Source: a virus
Taxonomy: Duplodnaviria > Heunggongvirae > Uroviricota > Caudoviricetes
Direction: 5' to 3' (one strand)
Virus record (IMG/VR): IMGVR_UViG_3300042514_001345
DNA: 64,000 nt
Part shown: in pieces, positions 40,801-51,267 of the stretch
Numbering within the stretch: position 1 is the stretch's first letter
How the letters are laid out: each line of letters starts with the position of its first letter
The notes under the pieces: generated by a model
Told to the model about the DNA's origin: nothing
Databases searched by the model: none
The model's input: the letters and a program-made list of their open reading frames with translations, nothing else
Program-made: the position numbers and the translations under genes

Positions 40801-43800
40801 GAAGATTGTCGACTTAAAAGTGATGTTTACATTACAATTAGCGGAGCCACTAGAAATCAAGACGATGTAACTTCTTGGCCGGTTAACATATTTTATGATT
40901 GCGGAGAAAATGCCGAGAATTTCAACGAGAATATTAGTGGTTTAGAAATTCAACAAATTATTGGTGAGCCATGTATGTTTATCATACCAGACGTTTACGA
41001 AGATGGGGATATTGATGGTAATCCAATTGAATTATTATTTACAGACGCAGCAAACTGCGAACAAAAAATAAAAATTGAAGGTCTACAACTTAAAGTAGAG
41101 CACGATCCATATCCACTAGGATATGGTAGATCACATACACAATTCTTTGAGTTAATTGGTACAAAAGACGCTTTAGTTTTATCAACAATGTCAGGTGTTA
41201 CTTTTTGTGACAACTACACTGGTTACACAATACAACCAAAAGTTCAATATCGCGAAACATTTAATTATGGTATTAAGCACGGGTCAATTGTGTTATCAGG
41301 TGCAACTGGTTTGATAAATGTTTCAGATAAATCAGCAGTTGACGCTGCGATTACCGCTGGTACCTTGATTAAAACTGAAATAGAAAATATAAGACCCGGT
41401 GATTATATATTATCCGCAGATTTTAATCCATGCCCATTTGCCACAACAGATTTTAGAAACGTGGCAACAAATGGATACTCATTTAGTTTTACATATAAAC
41501 TAATTCAAATAACAAATAAAGATTGTTTGGGTTCAGTTAAGAAGCATTTAATTAACAACCAATTTGAAGTTTTACCAACAACAGAATTAAGAATTTTGCG
41601 TGATGGTAATTTCACAAGTGCGTTTCCAGAAGATTTATTATTAAAAGAAACACCACCAGAAGAACCTTGTTGTGATGTTAATGCATCATATTATGACGGA
41701 TACGCTGGGGATATGTTATTAGATCAGCTTGGTTTCCCAATTGAAGTTGAAACTGTTGAATTAGATTATTGCTCAAGAAGTATATTCTATCACTTGAACT
41801 GGAACGGTACAGGTGATGTGGTTCTTTTTAATGGTGACAATAACAAACAAATCTTATTATCATTCACACAAAATAAATTTGTTTCATTAAACTTTGATTT
41901 AGAACAATTATATGTAAATGGTTCTAACACAAACTATTTCCCTAGAGAAATGGGTATTGAGGATTGTGATAACACACCAGTTGTTGAATGTGGTGAAGTG
42001 TATGTTGCACAAACAAGAACACCTACACCTACACCTACATTAACACCTACGGTAACACCAACAAAGACGCCAACAAGTACACCAACAAGTACGCCTACTC
42101 AAACTTTAACTAGCACACCAACTAGTACACCAACTAATACACCTACACTAGGTGTTACAAATACACCAACACAAACTGTAACTAGTACACCAACTAATAC
42201 GCCTACGTTAACGTTAACGTCTACACCAACGTCTACACCTACTTTAACACCAACTTTAACACCAACAAATACACCAACGTTAACCTTAACCGCTACACAA
42301 ACACCTACGGCAACAATTGAGTGTGATTTTAGTATTCAATATGTTGTAAATACTCCAACACCAACACCTACATCAACACAAACATTAACACCAACTAATA
42401 CGCCTACGTTAACGTTAACGTCTACACCAACCAATACCCCAACATTAACACCAACAGCGACTGTTGATTGTGATTTCGCAATTCAATACGTTGTTAATAC
42501 ACCAACGCCTACACCAACTCAAACTTTAACTCAAACTCCGACGTTAACAGAAACGCCTACGAATACCCCAACATTAACGTTGACTAGTACACCTACAGAG
42601 ACACCAACTCAAACACCTACGTTAACACCTACGGCAACAATTGAGTGTGACTTTAGTATTCAATATGTTGTAAATACTCCAACACCAACACCTACACAAA
42701 CCTTAACAACAACACCTACACAAACCCCAACTAATACTCCAACGGCAACCGTTGATTGTAATTTTGATTTTGATGTAATTGTTAACACACCAACACCTAC
42801 ACCGACTAGCACCCCAACTAATACTCCAACGTTAACACCAACTGAAACACCAACTAGCACTCCGACCAATACTCCGACTTTAACACCAACAGAGACACCT
42901 ACATTAACACCGACAGAGACGCCTACATTAACACCGACAGAGACGCCTACATTAACACCGACAGAGACACCTACATTAACACCAACACCGACTGTTGATT
43001 GTGATTTCGCAATTCAATACGTTGTTAATACACCAACGCCTACACCTACACCAACTTTAACTGAAACTCCAACAAATACACCTACGTTAACCCCAACGGC
43101 TACTGTAGATTGTGCTTTTGATTTCGATGTAATTGTTAACACACCAACACCTACACCAACTAGCACCCCAACTAATACACCAACGTTAACTCCAACAGAG
43201 ACACCGACTGAAACGCCAACTAACACACCAACAGAGACACCAACAGAGACACCAACAGAGACACCTACTAATACGCCAACGTTAACACCTACACCGACTG
43301 TTGATTGTGACTTTAGTATACAATATATTGTTAATGACCCAACACCTACACCTACACCAACATTAACAGAAACACCGACTAATACACCTACAGAGACGCC
43401 AACATCAACACCTACTGAAACACCTACATTAACCCCAACTAATACACCTACAGTAACTGTTGATTGTACTTTTGATTTTAATGTAATTGTTAATACCCCA
43501 ACACCGACTCCAACATCTACACCAACTAATACACCAACGTTAACTCCAACAGAGACACCGACTGAAACACCAACTAGTACTCCTACGTTAACGCCAACAG
43601 AGACACCTACTGAAACACCAACTAACACTCCGACACTAACGCCTACGCCAACAATTGATTGTGATTTCGCGATTCAATATATTGTTAACGACCCAACACC
43701 TACGCCTACATCAACTCAAACGTTAACACCAACATTAACTGCAACACCAACTAATACACCTACATTAACATTAACGTCTACCCCAACGCCTACATTAGAT

Positions 43801-44565
43801 TGTACATTTGAGGCATCATTCACTGAAATGATTGATGAAACACCAGGTGAAGGTGCACCGTGTTCTTCAGGTATGGATGTGGTATTCTTAGTTGATTATA
43901 CAGGAAGTATGGGTAGCGCTATTAATGGAGTTAAATCATCAATTGCATCAATTGCAAGTACAATTCAAACAGAATCTAATAATAATTACAGATTAGGATT
44001 GGTTATTTTTGATGAATATGGTGCGAGCAGTAATCCAAACTACAATAATGATTCAGGTTATTCATCATTACCTAGTGGTCAAAAATATATTAATATAAAT
44101 TCCGTAGCAAATAGAAAACAAGTAATTACTGCAATGGAAAAAATGAGTACAAATAATATTTCGTCATTTACTACTCAATTAAATAAAATAAACAATGGAA
44201 CATTTAGTATTGGTTCTGGGGGAGGTTCTCCCGAACCTAGTGATATGGGTGTTGATTTAGTTGCAACAAGTGATAAATCGGGGTATGAATATTTTGCCGG
44301 CACATTTAGAAGTAATGTATCTAAATTAATAATTTTAATTACAGACGCTCAACCAGGTGGTGACGATGACGCTTACAGTGCTACCGATGTTACATATGTT
44401 AATAGTTTAATAACACCATTGTATAATCAAAATATTAAAGTGTTATTAATGACAACGGCACCTAATAACGTATTATATGACTTGGCAACTGGTACAAATG
44501 GTGCAACATATAGTGGATTTAGTGGGGCAAACATAATAACAGCAATACAAAACATATGTCCTTAA
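37849..44565 (+). CDS. 2238-aa baseplate wedge (gp7/gpI-like) fused to a Cys-rich region, a Pro/Thr stalk and a C-terminal VWA domain
   Basis: [29 protein letters not shown] (gpI/gp7-type); ~600-aa PT tract; [27 protein letters not shown] (VWA, MIDAS-like). Confidence 0.75.
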   Translation: MAKYKVPSQATSGNQTFSDSIIGSQITDGTSQLTNTNFALDKIIPEKDSKSFKTAPFSDFLTLEDLKIETESPTTVTQSTGEKRPIKFNDSKADAGKSLYGSLRERFRVSTARIINNFPAALLADSTSPVGVNKNTAENIVYNIITNRTTFTLQTSLMYNPLDVVLVEPTVVVTGETTNSIRNLYSAYKKYAVDVNNTTYTVTKYTEPDVNNVVGFEVIGKPFTGSTYTSSYLIRPNNGVVEEFYIGLDDLEQTILNRETLPIYKTTFQIPRDTSGGTKTEIIPVEVNWPVSKDGWNIRIVGLEYQNYIDTVNSIAIEVDEYKSDLIIRFLSSPQLFEFDTDDQKTNKIFQLYGQNFDKVKKYIDNIAYMRNVSYDTINNIPDVFLKNLANTLGFNTINMFDEKTLQDQIYNASIQTYDGVSIGKNLVEAELEFYRRIVVNLAHIYKSKGTRSSLDFFLRFIGAPPQMVKIDEFVYNVESSLPSSTIEQDIFDVMQGNKVNKTLTFNTTGYTYDIVEETASTSFSSRTDFPVDENTGLPISPTTNDENVFFQMGSGWYEETLDHRSYDVLDEANSITTGRTKTLKTKSREFTYGEDFYNYYRTLPGLDYGYELRSSIDNVKGQIVDDLDATNLILNRKNINVFVSSSKAIDYDIWRKSQNLTLSFGTLDVQTEISFAEYLDNVLKNHIRNSHVIKYKKNYIALEEIYREYISHSGFTSYDFVSVYEFVDKMGPYWPNILNQIIPATTLWLGGNLTENNVFGRPKYQYVKPCTPTEFVDNLYPEFETAIEEDLETLIGTESNLRGLLKLTGVTYHLIVDVDGVEYTGDTKVNLTGTTLFDQFTPKTGCTSFVSGTSYAPLICDFKEWIGLDISTIKVSWKNALSDLIDQINTTHTRDSAGCITDYIPYSAITSGATCNVDLPILSHEFFVDTDGIEKVKFFSQKNADGVCTKQIDFFFSSEFLYEEPPCMQVYVSTPCDIYEEGTEDCRLKSDVYITISGATRNQDDVTSWPVNIFYDCGENAENFNENISGLEIQQIIGEPCMFIIPDVYEDGDIDGNPIELLFTDAANCEQKIKIEGLQLKVEHDPYPLGYGRSHTQFFELIGTKDALVLSTMSGVTFCDNYTGYTIQPKVQYRETFNYGIKHGSIVLSGATGLINVSDKSAVDAAITAGTLIKTEIENIRPGDYILSADFNPCPFATTDFRNVATNGYSFSFTYKLIQITNKDCLGSVKKHLINNQFEVLPTTELRILRDGNFTSAFPEDLLLKETPPEEPCCDVNASYYDGYAGDMLLDQLGFPIEVETVELDYCSRSIFYHLNWNGTGDVVLFNGDNNKQILLSFTQNKFVSLNFDLEQLYVNGSNTNYFPREMGIEDCDNTPVVECGEVYVAQTRTPTPTPTLTPTVTPTKTPTSTPTSTPTQTLTSTPTSTPTNTPTLGVTNTPTQTVTSTPTNTPTLTLTSTPTSTPTLTPTLTPTNTPTLTLTATQTPTATIECDFSIQYVVNTPTPTPTSTQTLTPTNTPTLTLTSTPTNTPTLTPTATVDCDFAIQYVVNTPTPTPTQTLTQTPTLTETPTNTPTLTLTSTPTETPTQTPTLTPTATIECDFSIQYVVNTPTPTPTQTLTTTPTQTPTNTPTATVDCNFDFDVIVNTPTPTPTSTPTNTPTLTPTETPTSTPTNTPTLTPTETPTLTPTETPTLTPTETPTLTPTETPTLTPTPTVDCDFAIQYVVNTPTPTPTPTLTETPTNTPTLTPTATVDCAFDFDVIVNTPTPTPTSTPTNTPTLTPTETPTETPTNTPTETPTETPTETPTNTPTLTPTPTVDCDFSIQYIVNDPTPTPTPTLTETPTNTPTETPTSTPTETPTLTPTNTPTVTVDCTFDFNVIVNTPTPTPTSTPTNTPTLTPTETPTETPTSTPTLTPTETPTETPTNTPTLTPTPTIDCDFAIQYIVNDPTPTPTSTQTLTPTLTATPTNTPTLTLTSTPTPTLDCTFEASFTEMIDETPGEGAPCSSGMDVVFLVDYTGSMGSAINGVKSSIASIASTIQTESNNNYRLGLVIFDEYGASSNPNYNNDSGYSSLPSGQKYININSVANRKQVITAMEKMSTNNISSFTTQLNKINNGTFSIGSGGGSPEPSDMGVDLVATSDKSGYEYFAGTFRSNVSKLIILITDAQPGGDDDAYSATDVTYVNSLITPLYNQNIKVLLMTTAPNNVLYDLATGTNGATYSGFSGANIITAIQNICP
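42010..43810 (+). repeat. In-frame Pro/Thr repeat tract with 10 interspersed (I/V/L)(D/E)CxF modules
   Basis: Includes a 24-nt unit (TLTPTETP) x3 at 42901-42972 and near-identical 55-65-nt module copies (e.g. ~42311 vs ~42631; ~42461 vs ~42992). Confidence 0.95.
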
Positions 44566-44578
44566 TATAGAATAAAAA

Positions 44579-46501
44579 ATGGCAAAAAAATATCACATAT
44601 TAATAACAGGAGGCACTTCACAAGGACCGTATACGGTATATTATGATAGTGTAAATGTTTCTAATATTGCAACTTTATTTTCAAATAGTAATCCTGCTAC
44701 GAATTTATCATATAGTGATTTAACGACTAGTCCAGGAGTTTTAGTGTCGATGCCAGATTCTATTACAACAATAATTTTATATAACGATAGTTGTAATTCG
44801 GACATTACTTATATTTTACCTACACCAATCCCAACACAAACACCAACTAATACACCTACAGAGACCCCAACAGCAACACCTACACCAACATTAACAGAAA
44901 CACCGACAGCGACACCTACACCTACATTAACAGAAACACCGACAAACACACCTACGTTAACACCTACAGCAACAATTGATTGTGACTTTAGCATTCAATA
45001 CGTTGTTAATACTGCAACACCAACACCTACACCTACACCTACATTAACACCTACGAATACGCCTACATTAACGTTGACAAGCACACCTACAGAGACGCCA
45101 ACATCAACACCTACTGAAACACCTACGTTAACCCCGACTGAAACACCTACGAATACGCCTACATTAACGTTGACAAGCACACCTACTAATACCCCAACTA
45201 TTGATTGTAATTTTGCAATTCAATACGTTGTTAATACTGCAACACCAACACCAACTCCGACACCAACGTTAACACCTACGAATACACCTACATTAACGTT
45301 GACAAGTACACCTACGGAAACACCAACAAACACACCTACAAACACACCTACATTAACCGCAACTAATACACCAACATTAACACCTACGCTAACACCTACG
45401 TTAACACCTACGGAAACACCAACAAACACACCAACATTAACTTTAACTAGTACACCTACTAATACACCAACTATTGACTGTAATTTCGCAATTCAATATG
45501 TTGTTAACACACCTACACCAACTCCGACACAAACTTTAACAGCTACACCAACATTAACACCTACTAATACTAATACACCTACTCAAACTTTAACTAGTAC
45601 ACCTACATTAACTGCAACTAATACACCAACATTAACATCAACTAATACACCTACGTTAACGTTGACAAACACGCCTACATTAACATCAACACCTACTAAC
45701 ACACCAACACAAACTTTAACTAGTACACCTACTAATACACCAACTATTGACTGTAATTTCGCAATTCAATATGTTGTTAACACACCTACACCAACTCCGA
45801 CACCAACATTAACTGCAACAAGTACACCTACATTAACCGCAACTAATACACCAACATTAACTGCAACAAGTACACCTACATTAACTGCAACTAATACACC
45901 TACGTTAACATCAACGCCTACTAACACACCAACACAAACATCAACAAACACACCTACATTAACCGCAACAAACACGCCTACACAAACATCAACAAGTACA
46001 CCTACATTAACAGCGACAAACACACCTACGTTAACATCAACACCTACTAATACGCCAACGTTAACCTTAACGTCAACGCCAACACCTACACCAACAACAA
46101 CAGCTTATCTAGGTTATTACAACTGTGGATACGGTTGTGAATATTACTCAACACCACCAGTTGGATGTATTGAGTGTAATCCAAACGCAACAGATGTTGT
46201 AATTAGTGCTTGTGTAATGGCTGGTGGTAATAATAGTACAACGGTACAAGTAAATTCCGATGTTTCGGTGAACACAAATGTTACCGTTGATGTGAGAATA
46301 ATTGGTGATTTAGGTACTGATACCGCGCATACTATAACAATACTTAATGGTTATTTTTGTGCTAGTACTGTAAATGGACCAGCTTTACAAAATTATGAAA
46401 TCATAACCGATGCTTGGATTATGGACGTAAACCCAGCATCAAACGGTTCACAAAACTACATAATTGGATTAGTTGCATTAAATAGTTGTTTTGGATGCTA
46501 A
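44579..46501 (+). CDS. Pro/Thr-stalk fibre-like protein with an ~80-aa N-terminal GPY module and a Cys-rich C-terminal head
   Basis: 640 aa; four IDCxFxIQYVVN modules inside PT repeats. Confidence 0.75.
   Translation: MAKKYHILITGGTSQGPYTVYYDSVNVSNIATLFSNSNPATNLSYSDLTTSPGVLVSMPDSITTIILYNDSCNSDITYILPTPIPTQTPTNTPTETPTATPTPTLTETPTATPTPTLTETPTNTPTLTPTATIDCDFSIQYVVNTATPTPTPTPTLTPTNTPTLTLTSTPTETPTSTPTETPTLTPTETPTNTPTLTLTSTPTNTPTIDCNFAIQYVVNTATPTPTPTPTLTPTNTPTLTLTSTPTETPTNTPTNTPTLTATNTPTLTPTLTPTLTPTETPTNTPTLTLTSTPTNTPTIDCNFAIQYVVNTPTPTPTQTLTATPTLTPTNTNTPTQTLTSTPTLTATNTPTLTSTNTPTLTLTNTPTLTSTPTNTPTQTLTSTPTNTPTIDCNFAIQYVVNTPTPTPTPTLTATSTPTLTATNTPTLTATSTPTLTATNTPTLTSTPTNTPTQTSTNTPTLTATNTPTQTSTSTPTLTATNTPTLTSTPTNTPTLTLTSTPTPTPTTTAYLGYYNCGYGCEYYSTPPVGCIECNPNATDVVISACVMAGGNNSTTVQVNSDVSVNTNVTVDVRIIGDLGTDTAHTITILNGYFCASTVNGPALQNYEIITDAWIMDVNPASNGSQNYIIGLVALNSCFGC
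44815..46105 (+). repeat. In-frame Pro/Thr repeat tract, including a 91-nt exact direct repeat
   Basis: 45440-45530 is identical to 45713-45803. Confidence 0.95.
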
Positions 46502-46529
46502 ACCTTTAGAATAATTTGAAATAATAGTA

Positions 46530-46537
46530 TATTTATA
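46530..46537 (+). promoter_or_regulatory. Candidate late promoter TATTTATA
   Basis: 10 nt before ATG 46548. Confidence 0.6.
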
Positions 46538-46547
46538 GTAGACAAAT

Positions 46548-47642
46548 ATGGCATACGTAACAATAACATTAGCGGCTGGATCTTCCACAAATAGTGGGCC
46601 TTTTGATATAATTGGCACACCTGGGAACGCTTTATTATTTTCTACTCAATCGTATAACGACCTATCAACCGGTCAAGTATATGATATTGATATGGGGATA
46701 TATACTGGTATTACTTTAACTAGTTCGGGTACTTGTAATAATAGTGTTGGACCATATACATTTGATAGTGGACCTGTTTGCTTGTGTGATGAGGGATATA
46801 CGGTGACAAATGATGGTTTAGGTTGTTATAAAGTAACAATAACAAGTGCAACGTCAGTAGACACAAAACAACCAGGAACTGGCGCCGCTAACGGTGCTTA
46901 TGGCGATTTTGGTGTTTTGATATACAATGTTAGTGATTTCAATTTAAATGGTAGTTCAACTAGTGGTAATTACGCATATAACGGTAGCTATTTTGGAACT
47001 AACGCTAGTATGACAGTTAGTGAATTATTCTGGGCTAATAGAATGAATTATAACGGAGTTTGGGTTAGTGGAAACCCAAATTATGTTGGCACACTTAGTT
47101 TTTGTACAACAATAAATGTTGCAACAACCAAGGTTTATTATATAGGCATTGCTGGTGATAATGAGATTATGATTAAAGTTAATGGAACAACAATAGTAGA
47201 CCAACCAGCAGGTGGAACGACAGTTGGCGGATCTACAACTGCGTCAAACAACTTTAAATATTGGCACGTTTATCCATATGTGTTAAACGCTGGGCCAAAT
47301 ATTGTTGAATTATCAAACTATAATGCTGGTTCTGTTGGAGATTACGCAGCGGAAATATATGACAACACATTGGCACAATTAACTGGTGCAACTTCAGCAA
47401 GTAGTTTAAATATAATATTCTCAACTGGTGATTATTTACCAGCTAGGGCGATATCTGGTGTAACAACAGCTGCTTCGGCGGGCTCCGTTCAATTTATTGA
47501 AAACGTAGGCGCTGGTTCAAAATACGGACAAGGTTTCTGTACTAATTATAGTTGCGCAAGTGGATATGTTTTAGATACATCTGATCCAGAAACGCCAACT
47601 TGTAAATTAATAGAATACGCAGTGTGTATTAATTTAACATAA
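46548..47642 (+). CDS. Fibre/adhesin-like protein: GPF N-terminal module plus a PA14-like beta-sandwich bracketed by Cys motifs
   Basis: YYIGIAGDNEIMIKVNGTTIV..WHVYPYVLNAGPNIVEL; flanking CLCDEGY..GC and CTNYSCASGY..C. Confidence 0.6.
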   Translation: MAYVTITLAAGSSTNSGPFDIIGTPGNALLFSTQSYNDLSTGQVYDIDMGIYTGITLTSSGTCNNSVGPYTFDSGPVCLCDEGYTVTNDGLGCYKVTITSATSVDTKQPGTGAANGAYGDFGVLIYNVSDFNLNGSSTSGNYAYNGSYFGTNASMTVSELFWANRMNYNGVWVSGNPNYVGTLSFCTTINVATTKVYYIGIAGDNEIMIKVNGTTIVDQPAGGTTVGGSTTASNNFKYWHVYPYVLNAGPNIVELSNYNAGSVGDYAAEIYDNTLAQLTGATSASSLNIIFSTGDYLPARAISGVTTAASAGSVQFIENVGAGSKYGQGFCTNYSCASGYVLDTSDPETPTCKLIEYAVCINLT

Positions 47643-47672
47643 AATATAAAATATAAAATATAAAATATAAAA
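47641..47672 (+). repeat. Perfect heptamer microsatellite (AAAATAT)4-AAAA filling the intergenic space
   Basis: Read directly from the sequence. Confidence 0.9.
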
Positions 47673-47673
47673 C

Positions 47674-48192
47674 ATGGACATAACAATTAGTTTTTCAACA
47701 ACACCATCATTATCTGTGGGACCTTTTACGGTTACCGTTAGAGATAGTGGTAATACCGCAACACAAACATTTTTAAATGTTACTAGAGCAACAATATTAA
47801 GTGGATATTTGATTCAAAATATAACTTCTTTAGACGAATCTATTAGAGTAGAAAGTTCTGGAACTTGTAGCACATTAGATACAGTGGACATTAGTTCGGT
47901 AACTGGTGGTGGCGGTGGCGGCGGTGGCGGCGAACACACATCAAATAGCGTATTCTATTATGGTACATCAGATATAAATGCTTGTAACACAGGAACCGCA
48001 TTACCTGTAACAGTATTCTACGACGGTCTTTTAAGTTCATTAATGTCAGGAGATTATCTATATGAAGACCAAACTGGTACACCATTAACTTCGGGTTACT
48101 ATTTCAACGATGGTTTAACATTTGGATTATTTAATGTTGCGGCAGGAGGCATGATTTCAACAATAAGTGATTGTAGCGGTAGTGCCCCATAA
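47674..48192 (+). CDS. Small two-domain fibre-like protein (GPF module, Gly8 linker, Cys-bounded C-terminal domain)
   Basis: SVGPFTV..SSGTC, GGGGGGGG, C..FYDG..GDYLY.D..SGYY..GG.IS..DC. Confidence 0.7.
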   Translation: MDITISFSTTPSLSVGPFTVTVRDSGNTATQTFLNVTRATILSGYLIQNITSLDESIRVESSGTCSTLDTVDISSVTGGGGGGGGGEHTSNSVFYYGTSDINACNTGTALPVTVFYDGLLSSLMSGDYLYEDQTGTPLTSGYYFNDGLTFGLFNVAAGGMISTISDCSGSAP

Positions 48193-48213
48193 TCTTTTGA
48201 CTTATAACTGATT

Positions 48214-48241
48214 AAAACCCCTTTATTTTAAGGGGTTTTTT
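48214..48241. terminator. Likely bidirectional intrinsic terminator
   Basis: AAAACCCCTT / AAGGGGTTTT perfect 10-bp stem. Confidence 0.8.
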
Positions 48242-48261
48242 ATTTAAATTATATGTAAAGG

Positions 48262-48269
48262 TATTTATA
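48262..48269 (+). promoter_or_regulatory. Candidate late promoter TATTTATA
   Basis: 5 nt before ATG 48275. Confidence 0.6.
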
Positions 48270-48274
48270 CTATT

Positions 48275-49417
48275 ATGGGTGTTTCAATAAGATTAATTAA
48301 TATTAGTGGGTCAACATCGTATAGCGTGGCGTATTCAACCTCGCCATACGGTTCATTTACAACAGCTCTTACAGGTACGACATCCACAGCAACAATTAGT
48401 GGTGCCCCATTTGAATTCGACACGCAATATTATATTAAACTGACAGATTTGGTTACAAATAGATATATTATTGAAAATATATATATTCACGATAGTAAAG
48501 CATACCCATTATATGATACAATTGATTTTGATTTAAGTGCTTCATGTGTTCCACCACCATTAACACCAACAGCAACACCTACTTTAACATTAACACAAAC
48601 ACCTACACAAACATTAACTGCTAGTATTGGGTTAACACCAACAGCGACACCTACTTTAACATTAACGCAAACACCTACGGCTAGTTTGGCTGAACCATTG
48701 CCAGGTTGTGGTGATACATTGACAGGAACTTATATTCCAACAGGTTTTACGATTCAAACACAAGCATTAGATTTATCTGAAGCTACTGATGAATCAATAA
48801 TAAGTGTTGGGTACGTTGCGTATGATAGACCAAATAGATTTAATATTTACGGAAATGGGATGTTAATTGAGGATAGCGGATGGGTAGGTGCGGATAACAC
48901 ATATTTTGGACCATGGGGAACTGCGGGAAGTTTAACAGATCCAGATGGTACCGGTTCGTTCACATTTACATATCAAAGTGGAATGTCTTATGAATTACGT
49001 GTTGACGTTGGTCCGGCGAATCCACTTGCCGATCCGGCTTATCCTTCTGATGGATGGTCGGTTACATTTACTTGTTTAGGATCACCAACACCAACTCCGA
49101 CACCGACACTGACAGCATCACTTGGTCAATGTTACACATATCGTGTTGCACAAGCTGCGCCTGTTAGCACAACAGAATATGGTATAAGATACAGATATCC
49201 TGGATCACTTTCAACTGACAATCGCCTCGAAACTTTGTATCAAGGGATAGCAACAATTGAGGGTGTTGATTATTTCACATATTCAATATGTAGTTCGGAG
49301 GAACCAACGTGGCTTGCGATGACAACCCCTAGTTCGGGAACTGGTACGACAGTTCCAAATGGTGTTTATAGATTCGGGCCATTAGGAGGATGTAGTGGTA
49401 ATCCAGAATGTATATAA
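48275..49417 (+). CDS. Modular fibre-like protein with two PT linkers and two beta domains
   Basis: PT tracts separate CGDTL..YDRPNRFNIYGNG..DSGWVG from a Cys-bounded C-terminal domain. Confidence 0.7.
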   Translation: MGVSIRLINISGSTSYSVAYSTSPYGSFTTALTGTTSTATISGAPFEFDTQYYIKLTDLVTNRYIIENIYIHDSKAYPLYDTIDFDLSASCVPPPLTPTATPTLTLTQTPTQTLTASIGLTPTATPTLTLTQTPTASLAEPLPGCGDTLTGTYIPTGFTIQTQALDLSEATDESIISVGYVAYDRPNRFNIYGNGMLIEDSGWVGADNTYFGPWGTAGSLTDPDGTGSFTFTYQSGMSYELRVDVGPANPLADPAYPSDGWSVTFTCLGSPTPTPTPTLTASLGQCYTYRVAQAAPVSTTEYGIRYRYPGSLSTDNRLETLYQGIATIEGVDYFTYSICSSEEPTWLAMTTPSSGTGTTVPNGVYRFGPLGGCSGNPECI

Positions 49418-49425
49418 TATTTATT
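49418..49425 (+). promoter_or_regulatory. Candidate late promoter TATTTATT
   Basis: 4 nt before ATG 49430. Confidence 0.5.
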
Positions 49426-49429
49426 AATA

Positions 49430-49720
49430 ATGGCAACATATAATATAACAATATCGAATATAAGCGGAAGCACAACACCGTGTAGTGTTTATAACATTTA
49501 TACCGGAACTACTTGGGAAACAATACCAACAACACCGCTTTTTTCTGATGTTGCCATACCATTAAATGGAAAAACATTTCAAATAATATATTCTGGCGCA
49601 TCAAAATATGTTTGTGTTTTTGTTGAACATTGCGATGACCATATAACACCAGTACCAAATGCAACGCCTAAAAAACAGGGGGGATATCAAATAAGATTAG
49701 TGGAATTAATTCCATGTTAA
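49430..49720 (+). CDS. Small structural protein consisting mainly of the array's N-terminal module
   Basis: YNITISNISGST..YNIYTGTT..YVCVFVEHCD resembles the N-termini of its neighbours. Confidence 0.65.
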   Translation: MATYNITISNISGSTTPCSVYNIYTGTTWETIPTTPLFSDVAIPLNGKTFQIIYSGASKYVCVFVEHCDDHITPVPNATPKKQGGYQIRLVELIPC

Positions 49721-49730
49721 AGATAAATAA

Positions 49731-51236
49731 ATGGCTAAAGGAGTAACAATAAATTTTACAATAGATTCGGATCATTCACAATCAAATTTTCCTCAATATG
49801 TTTATACTGGGTTAACTGCTGATAATGTGACTGGAACTACAATATGTAATGGGATAACCGCTAGCAGTTGTGCTTTAACAGGTTTAAGCGACACTTTAAC
49901 ACAAGTTTATGTAAAGATTAATTGCAATGGTTGTGACGACCAAATATTTTTGGTTTCATTAGTAGACCCAACACCAACAGCTACACCAACACCAACTTTA
50001 ACAGCGACAGCTACAAATACACCAACAAGTACACCTACTCAAACACCTACAAACACAACAACCGAAGGTGCGACCCCAACGGCCACGCCAACATTAACGC
50101 TAACAGCTACACCGACAAATACAACATCATCGGTTATAGACCCAACTCAAACAAGTACACCAACTCAAACACCGACAAATACTCAAACAAGCACACCAAG
50201 TGCAACATATGTTTACTATAAACTAAGACCTTGTGAGTATCAAGGATTTACTGGATATTTGGATGGCGATTATGATGTTTGGTCATATTCATTAGTTTCT
50301 GGAACATTTAGTAGTGGTGACAGAGTTGAAGGTAGTGCGAGTTACTATTATGTTGTTATGGGTTCTCAAATGGCAACTACTGACCCAACAGGTGGCGGTA
50401 CGAAATATACCGTATATGCTGTTGAGGGTGAAACAGGTTGTCCGGCACCACCACCATCAGCAACATTAAGAACGGCATATTTAACAGCGGCGTGGGCACA
50501 TGATGGTTCAGTGGGTTATATACAACAATTAGCAGATACATGTGGATTATACCCATACCAAGCATCGTCATTGGGGTATACAGGTTTAACACAAGGTGGA
50601 TCAACATCTTTCTATGTTAATGAGGCGTCAATTGTACCAGGAACAATATACACATTATATGATTCAAATATAAGTGGTGGTGGTAATGTTGTAAATGGTG
50701 GTGACAAGTACTACTCAATATTAATATATGGTAGTGGAAGTACATTCAACTATGTTGTTCGTATAAGTAGTTCGGGAGAATTAAGTGAATGGAATTATTG
50801 TACCACACCAACACAAACACCAACTCCAACACCAACATTAACAGCAACACCGACATTAACACCTAGTGCGGCCGGGGCACCGGGGTCAGCATGTATTCAA
50901 ATAACAGAATATTCTTCACAAGGTACCACTGAATGTTTATCTAATACTGTACCATATTTCTATACCGTTATTACAGCATTATTAACTGATGGTAATGGTA
51001 ATGCAATGAATGCTGTTGGTGATGTATATGCCTATGTTAATGTTACGGTAGATGTCCTTTACCAGCAGGAAAATACATATGAATATCCAATTGAAATAAG
51101 TAGTGGAACAAGTTCGGGCACGCTTACCATTGATACATCAGTACCTGTAGATAATGGACAAGGTAATTGTGAAAATGAAACAAGAGTAATAAATTCTTAT
51201 AGTGCACAAGTCGGATATAGTATATGCGCACCTTAA
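49731..51236 (+). CDS. Modular fibre-like protein with PT linkers and several Cys-bounded domains
   Basis: N-terminal module, ~80-aa PT tract, YYKLRPC..GETGC domain, further domains. Confidence 0.7.
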   Translation: MAKGVTINFTIDSDHSQSNFPQYVYTGLTADNVTGTTICNGITASSCALTGLSDTLTQVYVKINCNGCDDQIFLVSLVDPTPTATPTPTLTATATNTPTSTPTQTPTNTTTEGATPTATPTLTLTATPTNTTSSVIDPTQTSTPTQTPTNTQTSTPSATYVYYKLRPCEYQGFTGYLDGDYDVWSYSLVSGTFSSGDRVEGSASYYYVVMGSQMATTDPTGGGTKYTVYAVEGETGCPAPPPSATLRTAYLTAAWAHDGSVGYIQQLADTCGLYPYQASSLGYTGLTQGGSTSFYVNEASIVPGTIYTLYDSNISGGGNVVNGGDKYYSILIYGSGSTFNYVVRISSSGELSEWNYCTTPTQTPTPTPTLTATPTLTPSAAGAPGSACIQITEYSSQGTTECLSNTVPYFYTVITALLTDGNGNAMNAVGDVYAYVNVTVDVLYQQENTYEYPIEISSGTSSGTLTIDTSVPVDNGQGNCENETRVINSYSAQVGYSICAP

Positions 51237-51255
51237 TGATAAAAATAAAAAAAGA

Positions 51256-51263
51256 TATTTATA
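51256..51263 (+). promoter_or_regulatory. Candidate late promoter TATTTATA
   Basis: 4 nt before ATG 51268. Confidence 0.6.
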
Positions 51264-51267
51264 ACAT

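Noticed and set aside
42300-45800. Recurrent ~33-nt units resembling a CRISPR array
   Set aside because: The units are in frame in proteins, the spacers are 100-270 nt of low-complexity PT codons, and no cas genes are present.
42660-46023. Minus-strand Val/Gly-rich ORFs (e.g. 43014-43628)
   Set aside because: They are antisense shadows of ACN/CCN codon repeats, with no promoter or independent signal.
42010-46105. Diversity-generating retroelement TR/VR pair
   Set aside because: Copies are identical or differ at non-adenine-specific positions, and there is no reverse transcriptase in the window.
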